Below are positions 20,923 to 30,676 of a DNA stretch of 64,000 bases, piece by piece. How positions within the stretch are numbered: the stretch's first letter is position 1; every line of letters starts with the position of its first letter. Both the position numbers and the translations under genes were made by a program. The DNA lies in assembly GCA_964639895.1 (NCBI GenBank), contig CAZXEJ010000005.1:734-64733 (forward strand), in the 5' to 3' direction. The notes under the pieces are model-generated. The model did not search any database. It worked only from the letters and a program-made list of their open reading frames with translations, and was not told where the DNA came from. Source of the stretch: an uncultured Spirochaetia bacterium. GTDB taxonomy: Bacteria; Desulfobacterota_D; UBA1144; Nemesobacterales; JADFKM01.

Positions 20923-22161
20923 TCAGGCCACTTTCTCTTCTCTATCGAACAGTTGGAGTATCTCGTACGTGGTCGATCGCTCGGCCGGAATGCGGCCGAT
21001 CTGTCGGGTCAAGCGGCGGAACTCCTCGGGCGGGAAGTACTCGCCGTAGTTGGCGCCGGCGGCCCTGGATATCTGCTCCTCCATGAGGGTGCCGCCGAAG
21101 TCGTTGGCGCCGGCCGTGAGGGAGAACTGGGCGAACTCGGGGCCCTGCTTGACCCAGGAGACCTGGATGTTGTTTATCCAGCCGCGCAGCATGAGGCGCG
21201 AGACGGCGTACATCTTGAGCTGGTCGAGATCGCTCGGCCCGCCGCGGGCGAGCCCCTTCTTGTAAAGCCTCGTGTTCCATGGGATGAACCGCAGTGGGAC
21301 GAACTCCGTGAATCCACCCGTCTCCTTCTGTATGTCACGCAACGTCTCCAGGTGCTTGGCCCAGTGGTGGGGCTTGTCGACGTGGCCGTACATGATGGTC
21401 GACGTCGTACGCATACCGGCACGGTGGGCCTTTTTCACAATGCTTATCCACTTCTCGGTGGGTATCTTGCCCGGTGCTATGATGCGGCGGATGCTGTCGT
21501 CGAGTACCTCGGCCGCCGTGCCGGGGAAGGTGTTGTGGCCCGCGTCCTTCAACATCTCGATGAAGTCCTCTTCGCTCCTGCCTATGGTCTTTGCACCGTA
21601 GTATATCTCGAACGGAGAGAAGCAGTGTGTATGCATCTGGGGGACCGCTCGCTTCACGGTCTTTATGAGCTCGATGTAGAAGTAGCCGTCGATATCGGGA
21701 TGCATCCCCCCCTGCATGCACACCTCCGTGGCACCCCGCTCCCACGCTTCGCGGGTCTTCTCGGCCACCTCTTCCATGGTGAGGAAGTAGGCCCTCTCGT
21801 CCCCCTCGGGGGCCATGAAGTTGCAGAAGCCGCAGTAAGTGTTGCAGACGTTCGTGAAGTTTATGTTACGGTTGACCACGTATGTGACGACGTCACCCAC
21901 GTCCTCCTTTCTTATGGCGTCTGCCGTAAGGGCAAGCGCGGCAAGGGAGGACACGTCGCGAAGGGTGAACAGGTAGACTGCGTCCTCGCGCGAGAGCTCC
22001 TCGCCCTTGAGTGCTGCTTCGAGAATGCGTGACGTGGCCGCAGGAGCCATGGCGAGCACCGCGTCCAGGGGAAGAGCCCTCCACTCCTCCATCGTGCTTC
22101 TCACGTTGGCGAGCAGCCCGTTGTCCTCGCTCTCCCTTACGACGTCAACACCACTCTGCAT
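20923..22161 (-). CDS. cofH: FO synthase subunit 2 (radical SAM)
   Basis: The radical SAM motif is CNTYCGFC. ATG at 22161 has AAGGAGG 9 nt upstream. It overlaps the cofG 3' end by 17 nt. Confidence 0.85.
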   Translation of the reverse strand: MQSGVDVVRESEDNGLLANVRSTMEEWRALPLDAVLAMAPAATSRILEAALKGEELSREDAVYLFTLRDVSSLAALALTADAIRKEDVGDVVTYVVNRNINFTNVCNTYCGFCNFMAPEGDERAYFLTMEEVAEKTREAWERGATEVCMQGGMHPDIDGYFYIELIKTVKRAVPQMHTHCFSPFEIYYGAKTIGRSEEDFIEMLKDAGHNTFPGTAAEVLDDSIRRIIAPGKIPTEKWISIVKKAHRAGMRTTSTIMYGHVDKPHHWAKHLETLRDIQKETGGFTEFVPLRFIPWNTRLYKKGLARGGPSDLDQLKMYAVSRLMLRGWINNIQVSWVKQGPEFAQFSLTAGANDFGGTLMEEQISRAAGANYGEYFPPEEFRRLTRQIGRIPAERSTTYEILQLFDREEKVA

Positions 22162-23431
22162 TACTCCGTGCCTCCTTGGGCAAATATCCATCGCCGTCCA
22201 CCATCGCTGCTGCCTTGGCGTACAGCTCTCCCGTAAGATAGTCCCTGTTCAGGTAGGCGGGATAGACGGGCAGCCTCTCGCGCAGCTCGAGTCCCAGGCG
22301 CCCGACCATCTCCTCCATCTTCTCCACCTGCGGCCAAGGGGCCTCCGGGTTTACGTAGTCGATGGTGATGGGGGAAACGCCCCCGAGATCGTTGGCGCCG
22401 GCCACGACGTAGAGCGGGTACTGGTCGGAGTTGAGGTTGGGCGGCACCTGTATGTTCATTTTGTCCGGGAACAGGAGCCTTGCTATGGCCACTGTCTTCA
22501 CCATATCGGCCACCGAGGGGACCGGCCAACGCTCCATGGGTATGCCCGGCTTGGGGGAGAAGTTCTGAATGATGATCTCCTGTATGTGGCCGTACTCGGC
22601 GTCCACCCTTTCGAGCGCGATGAGAGAATCGATCCTCTCCTCCCACGTCTCGCCGATACCTACCAGTATTCCCGACGTCCACGGGATGCGGAGTTCACCG
22701 GCCTCGGCGATCGTCCTCATCCTTACGGCGGGAACCTTGTCGGGGGAACCGTAATGGGCTTCGCCCTCGGCCAGAAGACGCTCGCTTACGGTCTCGAGCA
22801 TGAGACCCATGCTGGGATTGGTCTTGCGCAGCTCCTCGAGCTCGTCCCTCTGGAGCACGCCGAGATTGGTATGGGGAAAGATTCCCTTCTCCAGGACGGC
22901 GCGGCTCATGGCGGCTGCGAACTCGGCCGTAGACGAGTACCCCATTCCGGCCAGCGCGTCACGGTAGACCTTGTACTTCTTCTCGGGCTTGTCTCCTGTC
23001 ACGAACAGCAGCTCCGTGCAGCCCAGCTCGGCCCCTCGGCCGGCCATCCGCACGACCTGGTCCGGCGGGACGAAAAGCGGCCCCTCGTCGGGCTCGGTCT
23101 TGAACGTGCAGTACGAACAGTTGTCCCGGCACAGCGTGGTAAGAGGGACGAACACGTTCTTCGAATAGGTCACCACCCGTCCCTTGGCCCTCTCCCTTAC
23201 GGCCTTGGCCGCGGCGACGAGCGCCAGCAGATCGGGCCCTTCGACGGAGGCCAGATAGAGAGCATCTTCGCGGCTCAACCTGCCGCCGTCGAGCACCCGG
23301 CCCAGGATGTTTTCCAGTCTGCGGTCTCTAGCAGGGGAGAGATCGTCTTCTTCGACGCCTAGAGGAGCAAGCAGGGAGTGCAGGAACCCGTCCCTTATCA
23401 AGGTGTGGGCCTGTTCAGCGAAAGAGATCAT
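22145..23431 (-). CDS. cofG: FO synthase subunit 1 (radical SAM)
   Basis: The radical SAM motif is CRDNCSYC, within LTTLCRDNCSYCTFK. ATG at 23431 overlaps the cofE 3' end by 17 nt. Confidence 0.85.
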   Translation of the reverse strand: MISFAEQAHTLIRDGFLHSLLAPLGVEEDDLSPARDRRLENILGRVLDGGRLSREDALYLASVEGPDLLALVAAAKAVRERAKGRVVTYSKNVFVPLTTLCRDNCSYCTFKTEPDEGPLFVPPDQVVRMAGRGAELGCTELLFVTGDKPEKKYKVYRDALAGMGYSSTAEFAAAMSRAVLEKGIFPHTNLGVLQRDELEELRKTNPSMGLMLETVSERLLAEGEAHYGSPDKVPAVRMRTIAEAGELRIPWTSGILVGIGETWEERIDSLIALERVDAEYGHIQEIIIQNFSPKPGIPMERWPVPSVADMVKTVAIARLLFPDKMNIQVPPNLNSDQYPLYVVAGANDLGGVSPITIDYVNPEAPWPQVEKMEEMVGRLGLELRERLPVYPAYLNRDYLTGELYAKAAAMVDGDGYLPKEARSNAEWC

Positions 23432-24170
23432 CTTCGGGTTTCCTCAACAACCGTTTTGCACCCTCTTGGCTCTTCTCGTAGGAAAATCCTCTAATGAGTG
23501 CGGCCGGAACGCGCTCGGTCTTGCCCAGCACAAGGCCCGCGGCCGAGCAAATCTCGTCGGCTTGGGCGAGCACGGTCGCCTGCAGGCAGAACCCCTCCGG
23601 GTCGCTTTTACCCCGGTAGTCCTTGAGCGGCTCCATCCCGTAGCACCCTATGGCCACCTGTACCAAGCCGTCCCTCCACGGTCTTCCCACCGTGTCGGTC
23701 ACGACGACGGCCGCCTCGACGCCGAACCGCTCGCGAAACCCCTCGTGCAACGCCCTAGCCGTCCCGTCCGGATCCTGTGGCAGCAACAGCGCCTTCCCTT
23801 CGCTGCCAACGTTCGACAGATCGACACCCGCGTTGGCGCACACCACACCGTGCAGGTTCTCGACGATGAACTTGTCACGGTCCATCTTGACGACGCGCAG
23901 TGTCTCTCTAAGTATTATTTCCACAACCCTCGGGTCCTTGTCAAGCAATTTGGCCGCCCCGTAGGCGAAGGGCGTGGGCTCGACGGAGTCGAGCTCGACG
24001 AACCTTCCCTCGGCCTTGGAAACTATCTTCGCGGCCACGACGACGACGTCGCCGTCCTCAAGTCCCCCGGCCGAGCGAAGGGCCGCCTCGGACAGCAGCC
24101 CGACAAGGTCGTCGCCGGGCCTGACCTCGGGTATTCCCCGCAGCGGTATCACGCTGTAGCCGCCATCCAT
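23415..24170 (-). CDS. cofE: coenzyme F420-0:L-glutamate ligase (single-domain CofE)
   Basis: N-terminal sequence is VIPLRGIPEVRPGDDLVGLL..VVVVAAKIVSKAEGR. ATG at 24170 has GAGGAG 9 nt upstream; GTG at 24179 is an alternative start. Confidence 0.85.
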   Translation of the reverse strand: MDGGYSVIPLRGIPEVRPGDDLVGLLSEAALRSAGGLEDGDVVVVAAKIVSKAEGRFVELDSVEPTPFAYGAAKLLDKDPRVVEIILRETLRVVKMDRDKFIVENLHGVVCANAGVDLSNVGSEGKALLLPQDPDGTARALHEGFRERFGVEAAVVVTDTVGRPWRDGLVQVAIGCYGMEPLKDYRGKSDPEGFCLQATVLAQADEICSAAGLVLGKTERVPAALIRGFSYEKSQEGAKRLLRKPEDDLFR

Positions 24171-24204
24171 AGCGCACACTCCTCAACATTGTCCTGGGGC
24201 CGCC

Positions 24205-25203
24205 CTAGACGTTTCCCGCCGCGGGCCTGCCGGCCCGGACGCCGCCTGCGCCTGCAGCCTCGAGCACAACGCGCGCGAGCCGCCGCGCCTTCCCCTCGTC
24301 GCTCATCAGCGTGTCGGCCTCTACGCACTCCAGGCCCATGGCGCGTATGTCGGCCGCCATCGCACGGTCGGCATGGTCGATCACCATCACGTCGAGAAAG
24401 TCCCCGTACAGCCGCGCCACCTGGCGCGACGACACCTCCATGCCCAGCCCCCGCATCAGACGGTCGGCCGGCCCTTTGACGGGCCTCCCCCCGATGAGCG
24501 GACTTACGGCTACGACCCTGGCCCGCGTAGCCCGCAGCGCCTCCCTTACCCCCGCCACCTCCAGTATAGGGCCCACGCTTATGACGGGGTTGCTCGGGCA
24601 TATGACGACGGCGCGTGCCTCGGCGATGGACTCCACCACCCCGGGCGCGGGCCGGGCGCTCTCGGCACCCTTGAGTCGCACCCCCAGCACGCGGGGCTTC
24701 ATTCTCTCGCGCACGAAGTAGTGCTGGAAGTGCATCTCGCCGGCCTCGGTTTCGATCCACGTCTCCACTCGGCTGTCGGTCATGGGGAGTACCGTAGTAC
24801 CCACGGGGACGCCGAAGGCCCGCGCAAGCCGAGCCGTAACCTCCGTAGGGGTAAGGCCCTGCGAGAGCAGCCACGTGCGGTAGATGTGGGTGGCCAGGTC
24901 CTTGTCCCCCAGCCGGAACCACGTCTCGAGCCCGAACCTCTCGAGGGCGGCGAGCGTGTGGGTGGTATCCCCTTGCTGCCCCCACCCCTTCTTCCTGTCC
25001 ACCATGCCGGAAAGCCAATACAGTACGGTATCGACGTCGGGGCTTACACGCAGGCCGTAGAGCGTGATGTCGTCCCCGGTGTTGACAACGACGACCAGAC
25101 GCTCGTCTTCGTCCATGGCGGCACGAAGACCGCAGAGCATCTTCGAAGCACCTACACCGCCGCCTAGAGCCACTATCATGGTCGTACCCAAGAAAAGAGC
25201 CAC
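24205..25203 (-). CDS. cofD: 2-phospho-L-lactate (or equivalent) transferase
   Basis: Motifs are IVALGGGVGASK and VVNTGDDITLYGLRVSPDVDTVLY. The start is uncertain: GTG 25203 or ATG 25179. Confidence 0.85.
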   Translation of the reverse strand: MALFLGTTMIVALGGGVGASKMLCGLRAAMDEDERLVVVVNTGDDITLYGLRVSPDVDTVLYWLSGMVDRKKGWGQQGDTTHTLAALERFGLETWFRLGDKDLATHIYRTWLLSQGLTPTEVTARLARAFGVPVGTTVLPMTDSRVETWIETEAGEMHFQHYFVRERMKPRVLGVRLKGAESARPAPGVVESIAEARAVVICPSNPVISVGPILEVAGVREALRATRARVVAVSPLIGGRPVKGPADRLMRGLGMEVSSRQVARLYGDFLDVMVIDHADRAMAADIRAMGLECVEADTLMSDEGKARRLARVVLEAAGAGGVRAGRPAAGNV

Positions 25204-25415
25204 TCACGGCCGCCGCCGCATTCCACACGTAAAGGCAGAGTGGCCGCCCTCCCCCCGCCCACACTTGGGAGCCGCTCACCCGTCGCCACGGGCGGAGAAG
25301 ACCTTAAATTATCACCAGTGGGCCGGACGTTTTCAACACCCCCGCGCGCGCCGCTCCGCGCCGGCTGCGGCCGTATCGGCTCCCTTTATGGGATACGCCG
25401 GGGCGCCCGCCGGAC

Positions 25416-26177
25416 CTACTGCAGCGGCTCGCCGCCGCTCTGGCCGGCCGCCTTGCGCCTTATCTCCTCCCACTTCTGATAGAGCAGCGTATAGGTCCTC
25501 GTCGCCTCCTGCCAACGGCCTTCCTCGACGTGCTCCAGCACCCGCCACAGCTCGGCCGCAGAGTGCTCGTTCTTGAGCGTCAGCGGATGGATCAGGCCCA
25601 CCAGCTCGCCGTAGTTGAGCACGAGGTAGGACGAAGGGTCGTGGCGGCCGAGCCTAGAGCCCAACTCACGGGCCCTGCGGGCCAGATCGGCCATAGCCCC
25701 CGCGAACACCTCGTCGACGCCGCCTTCTCCACCCGCAGAGACGCCCTCGGCGATGCGTGCGGCCCGCCCCAGCCGCTCGAGGCCCTTGGAAAGCCGGGTG
25801 TGGTAATAGATCGAGCCGAACCCCCATTGGAGCTGGATGTACTTGCGCTCCTCGGCATCGAAGAGGAGAAACCACTCGAAGGGTATGTGGTCTTCGGCAA
25901 GGAGCAGGTAGGGGTTGTCGCCCCCTTCGAGGGGGCAGACGTAGTAGCGTCCCTCGGACTTCATGAAGTAGCAGTCTACGATCTCCCCCTCATCCATCCC
26001 GAGCCGGCGGGAGAGCTCGCGCCGGAAGTTCTCGTACTCTTGGCCGAACCAGACGCCGAAGGGAGATGTGGGCCCGCCCCAGTATTGCTCGTAGAACCGG
26101 ACGTACGTCTCCCAGTATCGACGCTTCTCCCCAATGGTCTCAAGGGGCACGTACACGAGCAGTGTACTCAGAGCCAT
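25416..26177 (-). CDS. hypothetical protein (soluble, W/Y/F-rich N-terminal half)
   Basis: The ORF is clean, with balanced amino-acid composition and no TM helix. No family was recognised. Alternative GTG start at 26231. Confidence 0.65.
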   Translation of the reverse strand: MALSTLLVYVPLETIGEKRRYWETYVRFYEQYWGGPTSPFGVWFGQEYENFRRELSRRLGMDEGEIVDCYFMKSEGRYYVCPLEGGDNPYLLLAEDHIPFEWFLLFDAEERKYIQLQWGFGSIYYHTRLSKGLERLGRAARIAEGVSAGGEGGVDEVFAGAMADLARRARELGSRLGRHDPSSYLVLNYGELVGLIHPLTLKNEHSAAELWRVLEHVEEGRWQEATRTYTLLYQKWEEIRRKAAGQSGGEPLQ

Positions 26178-26243
26178 AACAAGCCGACCCTGGCTATCCC
26201 TCGCCGACCCGGGCCGGTAAGGGATAGCCACCTATGTTATGTG

Positions 26244-26252
26244 ATTATATCA
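26244..26252 (-). promoter_or_regulatory. extended -10 promoter element TGATATAAT
   Basis: The minus strand reads GGTGATATAATCAC. It sits inside the palindrome GTGATTATATCAC at 26241-26253. Confidence 0.45.
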
Positions 26253-26512
26253 CCTACGCCCCTCGGAGCACAGAGCGACACCCACCACGACTACGGAGAC
26301 GTGGGCAATGCGCGCTCCGACGGGGTGGACGGTGTACAGCATCGCGGTGACCGCTCGGCGCCGCCGAGCCGCAAGCGCTACGACGGCCGTATAAGCCTGC
26401 GGCGCAGGCGGCATCCGTGTAGCATGACGACGTCCATGACGTAGAGAAGATACCTCAGGACTCTTCATCGTTCGCCAGCAACGACTCCGCGTAGCTGGCT
26501 CATACGATTCCG

Positions 26513-26532
26513 CACATATCCACACATATCCA
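26513..26532. repeat. perfect tandem 10-mer, CACATATCCA x2
   Basis: Read directly from the sequence. It lies in the spacer upstream of leuC. Confidence 0.9.
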
Positions 26533-26805
26533 CGATACAAAAGAGAAGAAGCCGCTGCAAAAAGCTCCCCTGCAGATGCACTCCACGTGACGTACCCTTC
26601 CGGCTTAAGACGTTGCACGGGAGGGCGAGGTTGATTAATCGTCCGCCCCTTGAGCTACAGCGGCGGCGTACACTCCGTTCCCCCTTCGGGCCGACGGGGG
26701 CGAGGGGAGTCGGTCCGGAGGGCGGCTCCCCATCCAGATGGCCGCGCCCGTCTCACCCCTCAGGTATAATGTAGAGAATATCCTCTGTCTGGGAAGGGAT
26801 GAGTG

Positions 26806-28260
26806 ATGGCCGGCAAGACCCTGTTCGATAAGATCTGGGACAAACACGTGGTCTACGAGGAAGAGGGCAGGCCCTCGCTTCTCTACATCGACCGCCACTT
26901 CGTGCACGAGGTGACCTCGCCCCAGGCCTTCGAGGGGCTGCGTCTTGCGGGACGCAGGGTGCGCCGGCCGGATCTTACGTTCGCCACCATGGACCACAAC
27001 GTCCCCACGACCGACCGATCGCTTCCCATCGAGGATCCCATATCGAGAACTCAGATCGAGACGCTGCGGCGCAACTGCAGGGAGTTCGGCATCGAGCTCT
27101 TCGATCTGACGAGTCCCTACCAGGGTATAGTGCACGTCATAGGGCCCGAACTGGGTCTCACGCTGCCCGGCCTCACGATAGTGTGCGGCGACAGCCACAC
27201 CTCGACCCACGGCGCCTTCGGGGCGCTGGCCTTCGGCATAGGTACGAGCGAGGTGGAACACGTCCTTGCCACGCAGTGCCTGTGGCAGGACAAGCCGCGG
27301 GTGCTGGAGATAAGGGTCACCGGCCGCAGGCCCGCCGGTGTGACGGCCAAGGACATGATCCTATGTATAATAGGCCGGATCGGCACGGCCGGAGCCACTG
27401 GACACGTGATCGAATACACCGGCGAGGCCATCGAGGCCTTGACGATGGAAGAGAGGATGACGGTGTGCAACATGTCGATCGAGGCCGGAGCGCGGGCGGG
27501 TATGATCGCCCCTGACGAGGAGACGTTCCGCTATCTGGAGGGCAGGCCCCGCGTCCCCAAGGGGAGGGAGTGGGAGGAGGCCGTACGCCAGTGGCGCGAG
27601 CTACGCACGGACGAGGACGCACGCTACGACAAGACCGTACAGCTCGCAGCCGACGAGATGGCCCCCCAAGTCACCTGGGGTACGACGCCCGCCATGGTGA
27701 GCGACGTCACGGGGCGGGTGCCCTCGCCCGAATCGTTCCCCACCGACGTCGAGCGCCAGAGCGTGCGCCGTGCGCTCGAATACATGGGGCTTGAGCCCGG
27801 CACCCCGATCGAGGACATCAGGATCGACCGCGTCTTCATAGGGTCGTGCACCAATTCGCGCCTCAGAGACCTTGCGGCCGTTGCAGCCCTCGTAAAGGGC
27901 CGGCGCGTAGCAAGCGGCGTGAGGGCCATGGTCGTACCCGGCTCACAGCTCGTCAAGCTCCAGGCAGAGAAGCTCGGCATAGACAAGGTGCTCAAGGAAG
28001 CGGGGTTCGAGTGGAGGGAATCGGGTTGCAGCATGTGCCTTGGAATGAACCCCGACATCCTGATGCCCGGCGAGCGGTGCGCCAGCACCTCGAACAGGAA
28101 CTTCGAGGGGCGCCAGGGCCGGGGTGGTCGGACACACCTGGTGAGCCCGCTCATGGCAGCCGCAGCCGCCATCGAGGGGCACTTCGTCGACATACGCCAA
28201 TGGAACCTCGACCGGGTGGAGAGGGAGTACGAGGACCTTATCGAGGCGGGGAGGACGTAG
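26806..28260 (+). CDS. leuC: 3-isopropylmalate dehydratase large subunit
   Basis: Motifs are [27 protein letters not shown] and [11 protein letters not shown] at 26806 follows GGAAGGG. Confidence 0.95.
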   Translation: MAGKTLFDKIWDKHVVYEEEGRPSLLYIDRHFVHEVTSPQAFEGLRLAGRRVRRPDLTFATMDHNVPTTDRSLPIEDPISRTQIETLRRNCREFGIELFDLTSPYQGIVHVIGPELGLTLPGLTIVCGDSHTSTHGAFGALAFGIGTSEVEHVLATQCLWQDKPRVLEIRVTGRRPAGVTAKDMILCIIGRIGTAGATGHVIEYTGEAIEALTMEERMTVCNMSIEAGARAGMIAPDEETFRYLEGRPRVPKGREWEEAVRQWRELRTDEDARYDKTVQLAADEMAPQVTWGTTPAMVSDVTGRVPSPESFPTDVERQSVRRALEYMGLEPGTPIEDIRIDRVFIGSCTNSRLRDLAAVAALVKGRRVASGVRAMVVPGSQLVKLQAEKLGIDKVLKEAGFEWRESGCSMCLGMNPDILMPGERCASTSNRNFEGRQGRGGRTHLVSPLMAAAAAIEGHFVDIRQWNLDRVEREYEDLIEAGRT

Positions 28261-28263
28261 GGC

Positions 28264-28878
28264 ATGGAACCACTTAGGAAGATAAAGGGCATAGTAGCCC
28301 CACTGGAGAGAGCCAACGTCGACACCGACCAGATAATACCCAAACAGTTCCTCAAGCGCATTGAGCGCACTGGTTTCGGCAAGTACCTCTTCTATGACTG
28401 GCGCTTCGGAGAGGACGGGTCCGAGAACCCCGAGTTCGTCCTCAACCAGCCACGCTACCGAGGTGCCTCCATCCTGCTGGCCGAGGAGAACTTCGGCTGC
28501 GGAAGCTCCCGAGAACACGCACCCTGGGCGCTGCTCGACTACGGGTTCAAGGTGATCATCGCCCCCTCGTTCGCAGACATCTTCTACAACAACTGCTTCA
28601 AGAACGGCATGCTGCCGCTCGTGCTGCCCCACGACGACGTGAAGGAGCTTTTCAAGCGCACCTACGCCAACGAGGGCTACGAGCTGGAAGTCGACCTGGA
28701 ACGCCAGACCGTAAGTGACGACATGGGCCTCAGTGTGCGGTTCGATATAGACCCGTTCAAGAAGAGGTGCCTGCTCGAGGGACTGGACGACATCGCCCTC
28801 ACCTTGAGGCTGGAAGACCGTATCGCCGACTACGAGCGCCGCTCCGACGTAGCCGGCAGGACGCCCCTCTCCGCCTGA
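28264..28878 (+). CDS. leuD: 3-isopropylmalate dehydratase small subunit
   Basis: It starts 3 nt after the leuC stop. Motifs are [14 protein letters not shown] and [16 protein letters not shown]. Confidence 0.95.
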   Translation: MEPLRKIKGIVAPLERANVDTDQIIPKQFLKRIERTGFGKYLFYDWRFGEDGSENPEFVLNQPRYRGASILLAEENFGCGSSREHAPWALLDYGFKVIIAPSFADIFYNNCFKNGMLPLVLPHDDVKELFKRTYANEGYELEVDLERQTVSDDMGLSVRFDIDPFKKRCLLEGLDDIALTLRLEDRIADYERRSDVAGRTPLSA

Positions 28879-29688
28879 GTCCGGCGAGCAGCGGCAGGGA
28901 GCGGGCCGACGGGGCTGGCGCACCCACCGGCAAATACCCACTCCCCCCGCAGGGAGGGCTTCACCGCGACGCCGACATCCCCCAATGCCGCACGTTGCGT
29001 TGCAACACGCGCACCGAGCGGCTCCGTGCGCGTCAAGTGCCACGGCTCACCCCCAACACCCGTTTGCCCTTCGGCATGTGATGAAGACGCCCCGCCCCGC
29101 AGGAGTGGGCCGTATTCGCCCACGCCGAGAGGAGGAGATGGCCCCCTGTGGGTCGCCCGGCACGATGCACTCTTGCCCCATGGCCGAATGAAGTGTAGGG
29201 AGAGGGAGAGAGACGCGCTCCAAAAGAAGCAGGGGATGGACGGGGAAGCCGCTCATGGCTGGGTGCGTTCCAGAGCATGGGACTTCCAAACCGCACCCTT
29301 ACGGCGGCAACCGCCGGTGTGTCCTCAACGCTCCACTGCGTCGTGCTCCGGCGCACGAATGAGTGATGGAACACCTTCGGCGCGCAGCCACCAGAGAGCA
29401 CCTTGTGGGTTGGTGTTCGTCCTACCCCCGCGTCCGCAAAGGTGAATGGCAACGCCGCGACGCGGCCTCCGGGGCCGTGGAATCGTCACTGACACGACCC
29501 CCGCTGCAACGGTGCCTTCCGGCCGAGAGGGGAAAGCACGCGATAGACGTCCCCACAAGTGCCATCCGTCCAACGCCGGAGCGGGGCACCCAGGCCCCGC
29601 CGGAGGTCCCCACCGTCGAGAGCCCCGCGTCTCTCCCCCTAAGGGGGCACGAACTCGTCACCCCCCGAGGGCGCTCCACGGAGCGCTT

Positions 29689-30243
29689 CTATCCGCCGAG
29701 CACCTCTTTCATGCGCCCGAGGATTCTCCTTTCCACCGTACCGCGCGAGCGTACTGCTCCCAGGTAGCCTATCTTCTGGTCGTAGAACGGCACTATGAGG
29801 TAGTCGATATCCACCATCGTCGCCCCCTCGGAGACGGGCTTTAGCCGCATGGTCAGCTTCTCTCGTACGAAAAGAGGCGTAGGCGAGGCTGTTTTCTCGT
29901 AATAGGAGATCTTCCGCAAGTAGGGCTTGATGACGGAGTGCTTGAGCTCCTTGGTCGAAGGGGGCGAGTAAACCCTTGCGTATTCGCCGAAGGAGGGGTT
30001 GTATACGTAGGACCACTTCAACACGATGATGCCGCGCTTGCGGTCCATCTTGGCCACACTCCAGTCCAGCTCCTCGACGGCCACGACTGCAGCGTCCCAC
30101 ACCCGGTCAACCGGCGCCTCGAAGCGGACGGGCTCGCCCTTGTAGAATCCCCGTTTCGGCGGCTCCATTGGCGCCTCCCCAACACACCCCACGCCGGCGG
30201 CCAACACGACGAGCAGGGAAAAAAGTCCGACACGGTATCTCAT
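29689..30243 (-). CDS. hypothetical lipoprotein
   Basis: ATG at 30243 has GGAGGAG upstream. The signal peptide with Cys is MRYRVGLFSLLVVLAAGVGC. The track ORF start at 30459 is an R/G-rich extension. Confidence 0.7.
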   Translation of the reverse strand: MRYRVGLFSLLVVLAAGVGCVGEAPMEPPKRGFYKGEPVRFEAPVDRVWDAAVVAVEELDWSVAKMDRKRGIIVLKWSYVYNPSFGEYARVYSPPSTKELKHSVIKPYLRKISYYEKTASPTPLFVREKLTMRLKPVSEGATMVDIDYLIVPFYDQKIGYLGAVRSRGTVERRILGRMKEVLGG

Positions 30244-30263
30244 CACGATTACTCCTCCCGAAA

Positions 30264-30617
30264 TCATTCGTATACGCACGACTTGGCCAGAGTGCGGCCG
30301 TCCCGCCCCCCTACTATGTGGACGCAGAACGGCTGCCTCAGTGCCGTGCGACCCCGCTCGGCCAGAGTCTCGGCCAGGGTACGCGCAAGCCGCTTGTCGG
30401 GGGGATTGCCGACGGCCTGAGCGGATGCACTCACATAGAGGGAAACGGGCGAGCGCCACTCGGTGTGGACAACGCCGGGAAGGCCGCCTACTATGGCCGT
30501 AAAGTGTTTCTGGGCGGGGGTGAGCGGGAAATCACGAGCCAGGACGACGACGGAGACCACGGCGCAAGCGATCAGCACCGCAGCGAGCCACGCTGACAAG
30601 GCCATCCTCAAGACCAT
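30264..30617 (-). CDS. hypothetical small membrane-anchored protein
   Basis: ATG at 30617 has GGGAGG upstream. It has one N-terminal TM helix. Its stop lies 20 nt before the lipoprotein gene. Confidence 0.6.
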   Translation of the reverse strand: MVLRMALSAWLAAVLIACAVVSVVVLARDFPLTPAQKHFTAIVGGLPGVVHTEWRSPVSLYVSASAQAVGNPPDKRLARTLAETLAERGRTALRQPFCVHIVGGRDGRTLAKSCVYE

Positions 30618-30676
30618 CTACCACCCTCCCTGGTACCGCGAACACACGACAATCTAAAATATACGTCAAGGCTCCG

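Noticed and set aside
20785-23362. Plus-strand ORFs of 415 aa and 451 aa across cofH and cofG.
   Set aside because: They are antisense to radical-SAM genes with intact CxxxCxxC motifs. They are typical GC-rich shadow ORFs.
26704-26731. GGUCCGGAGGGCGGC resembles the SRP RNA domain IV core (GGUCCGGAAGGAAGCAGC).
   Set aside because: The loop GGAG is not a GNRA tetraloop. The conserved AGCA/GGAA internal-loop nucleotides are missing. It reads as a plain GC hairpin.
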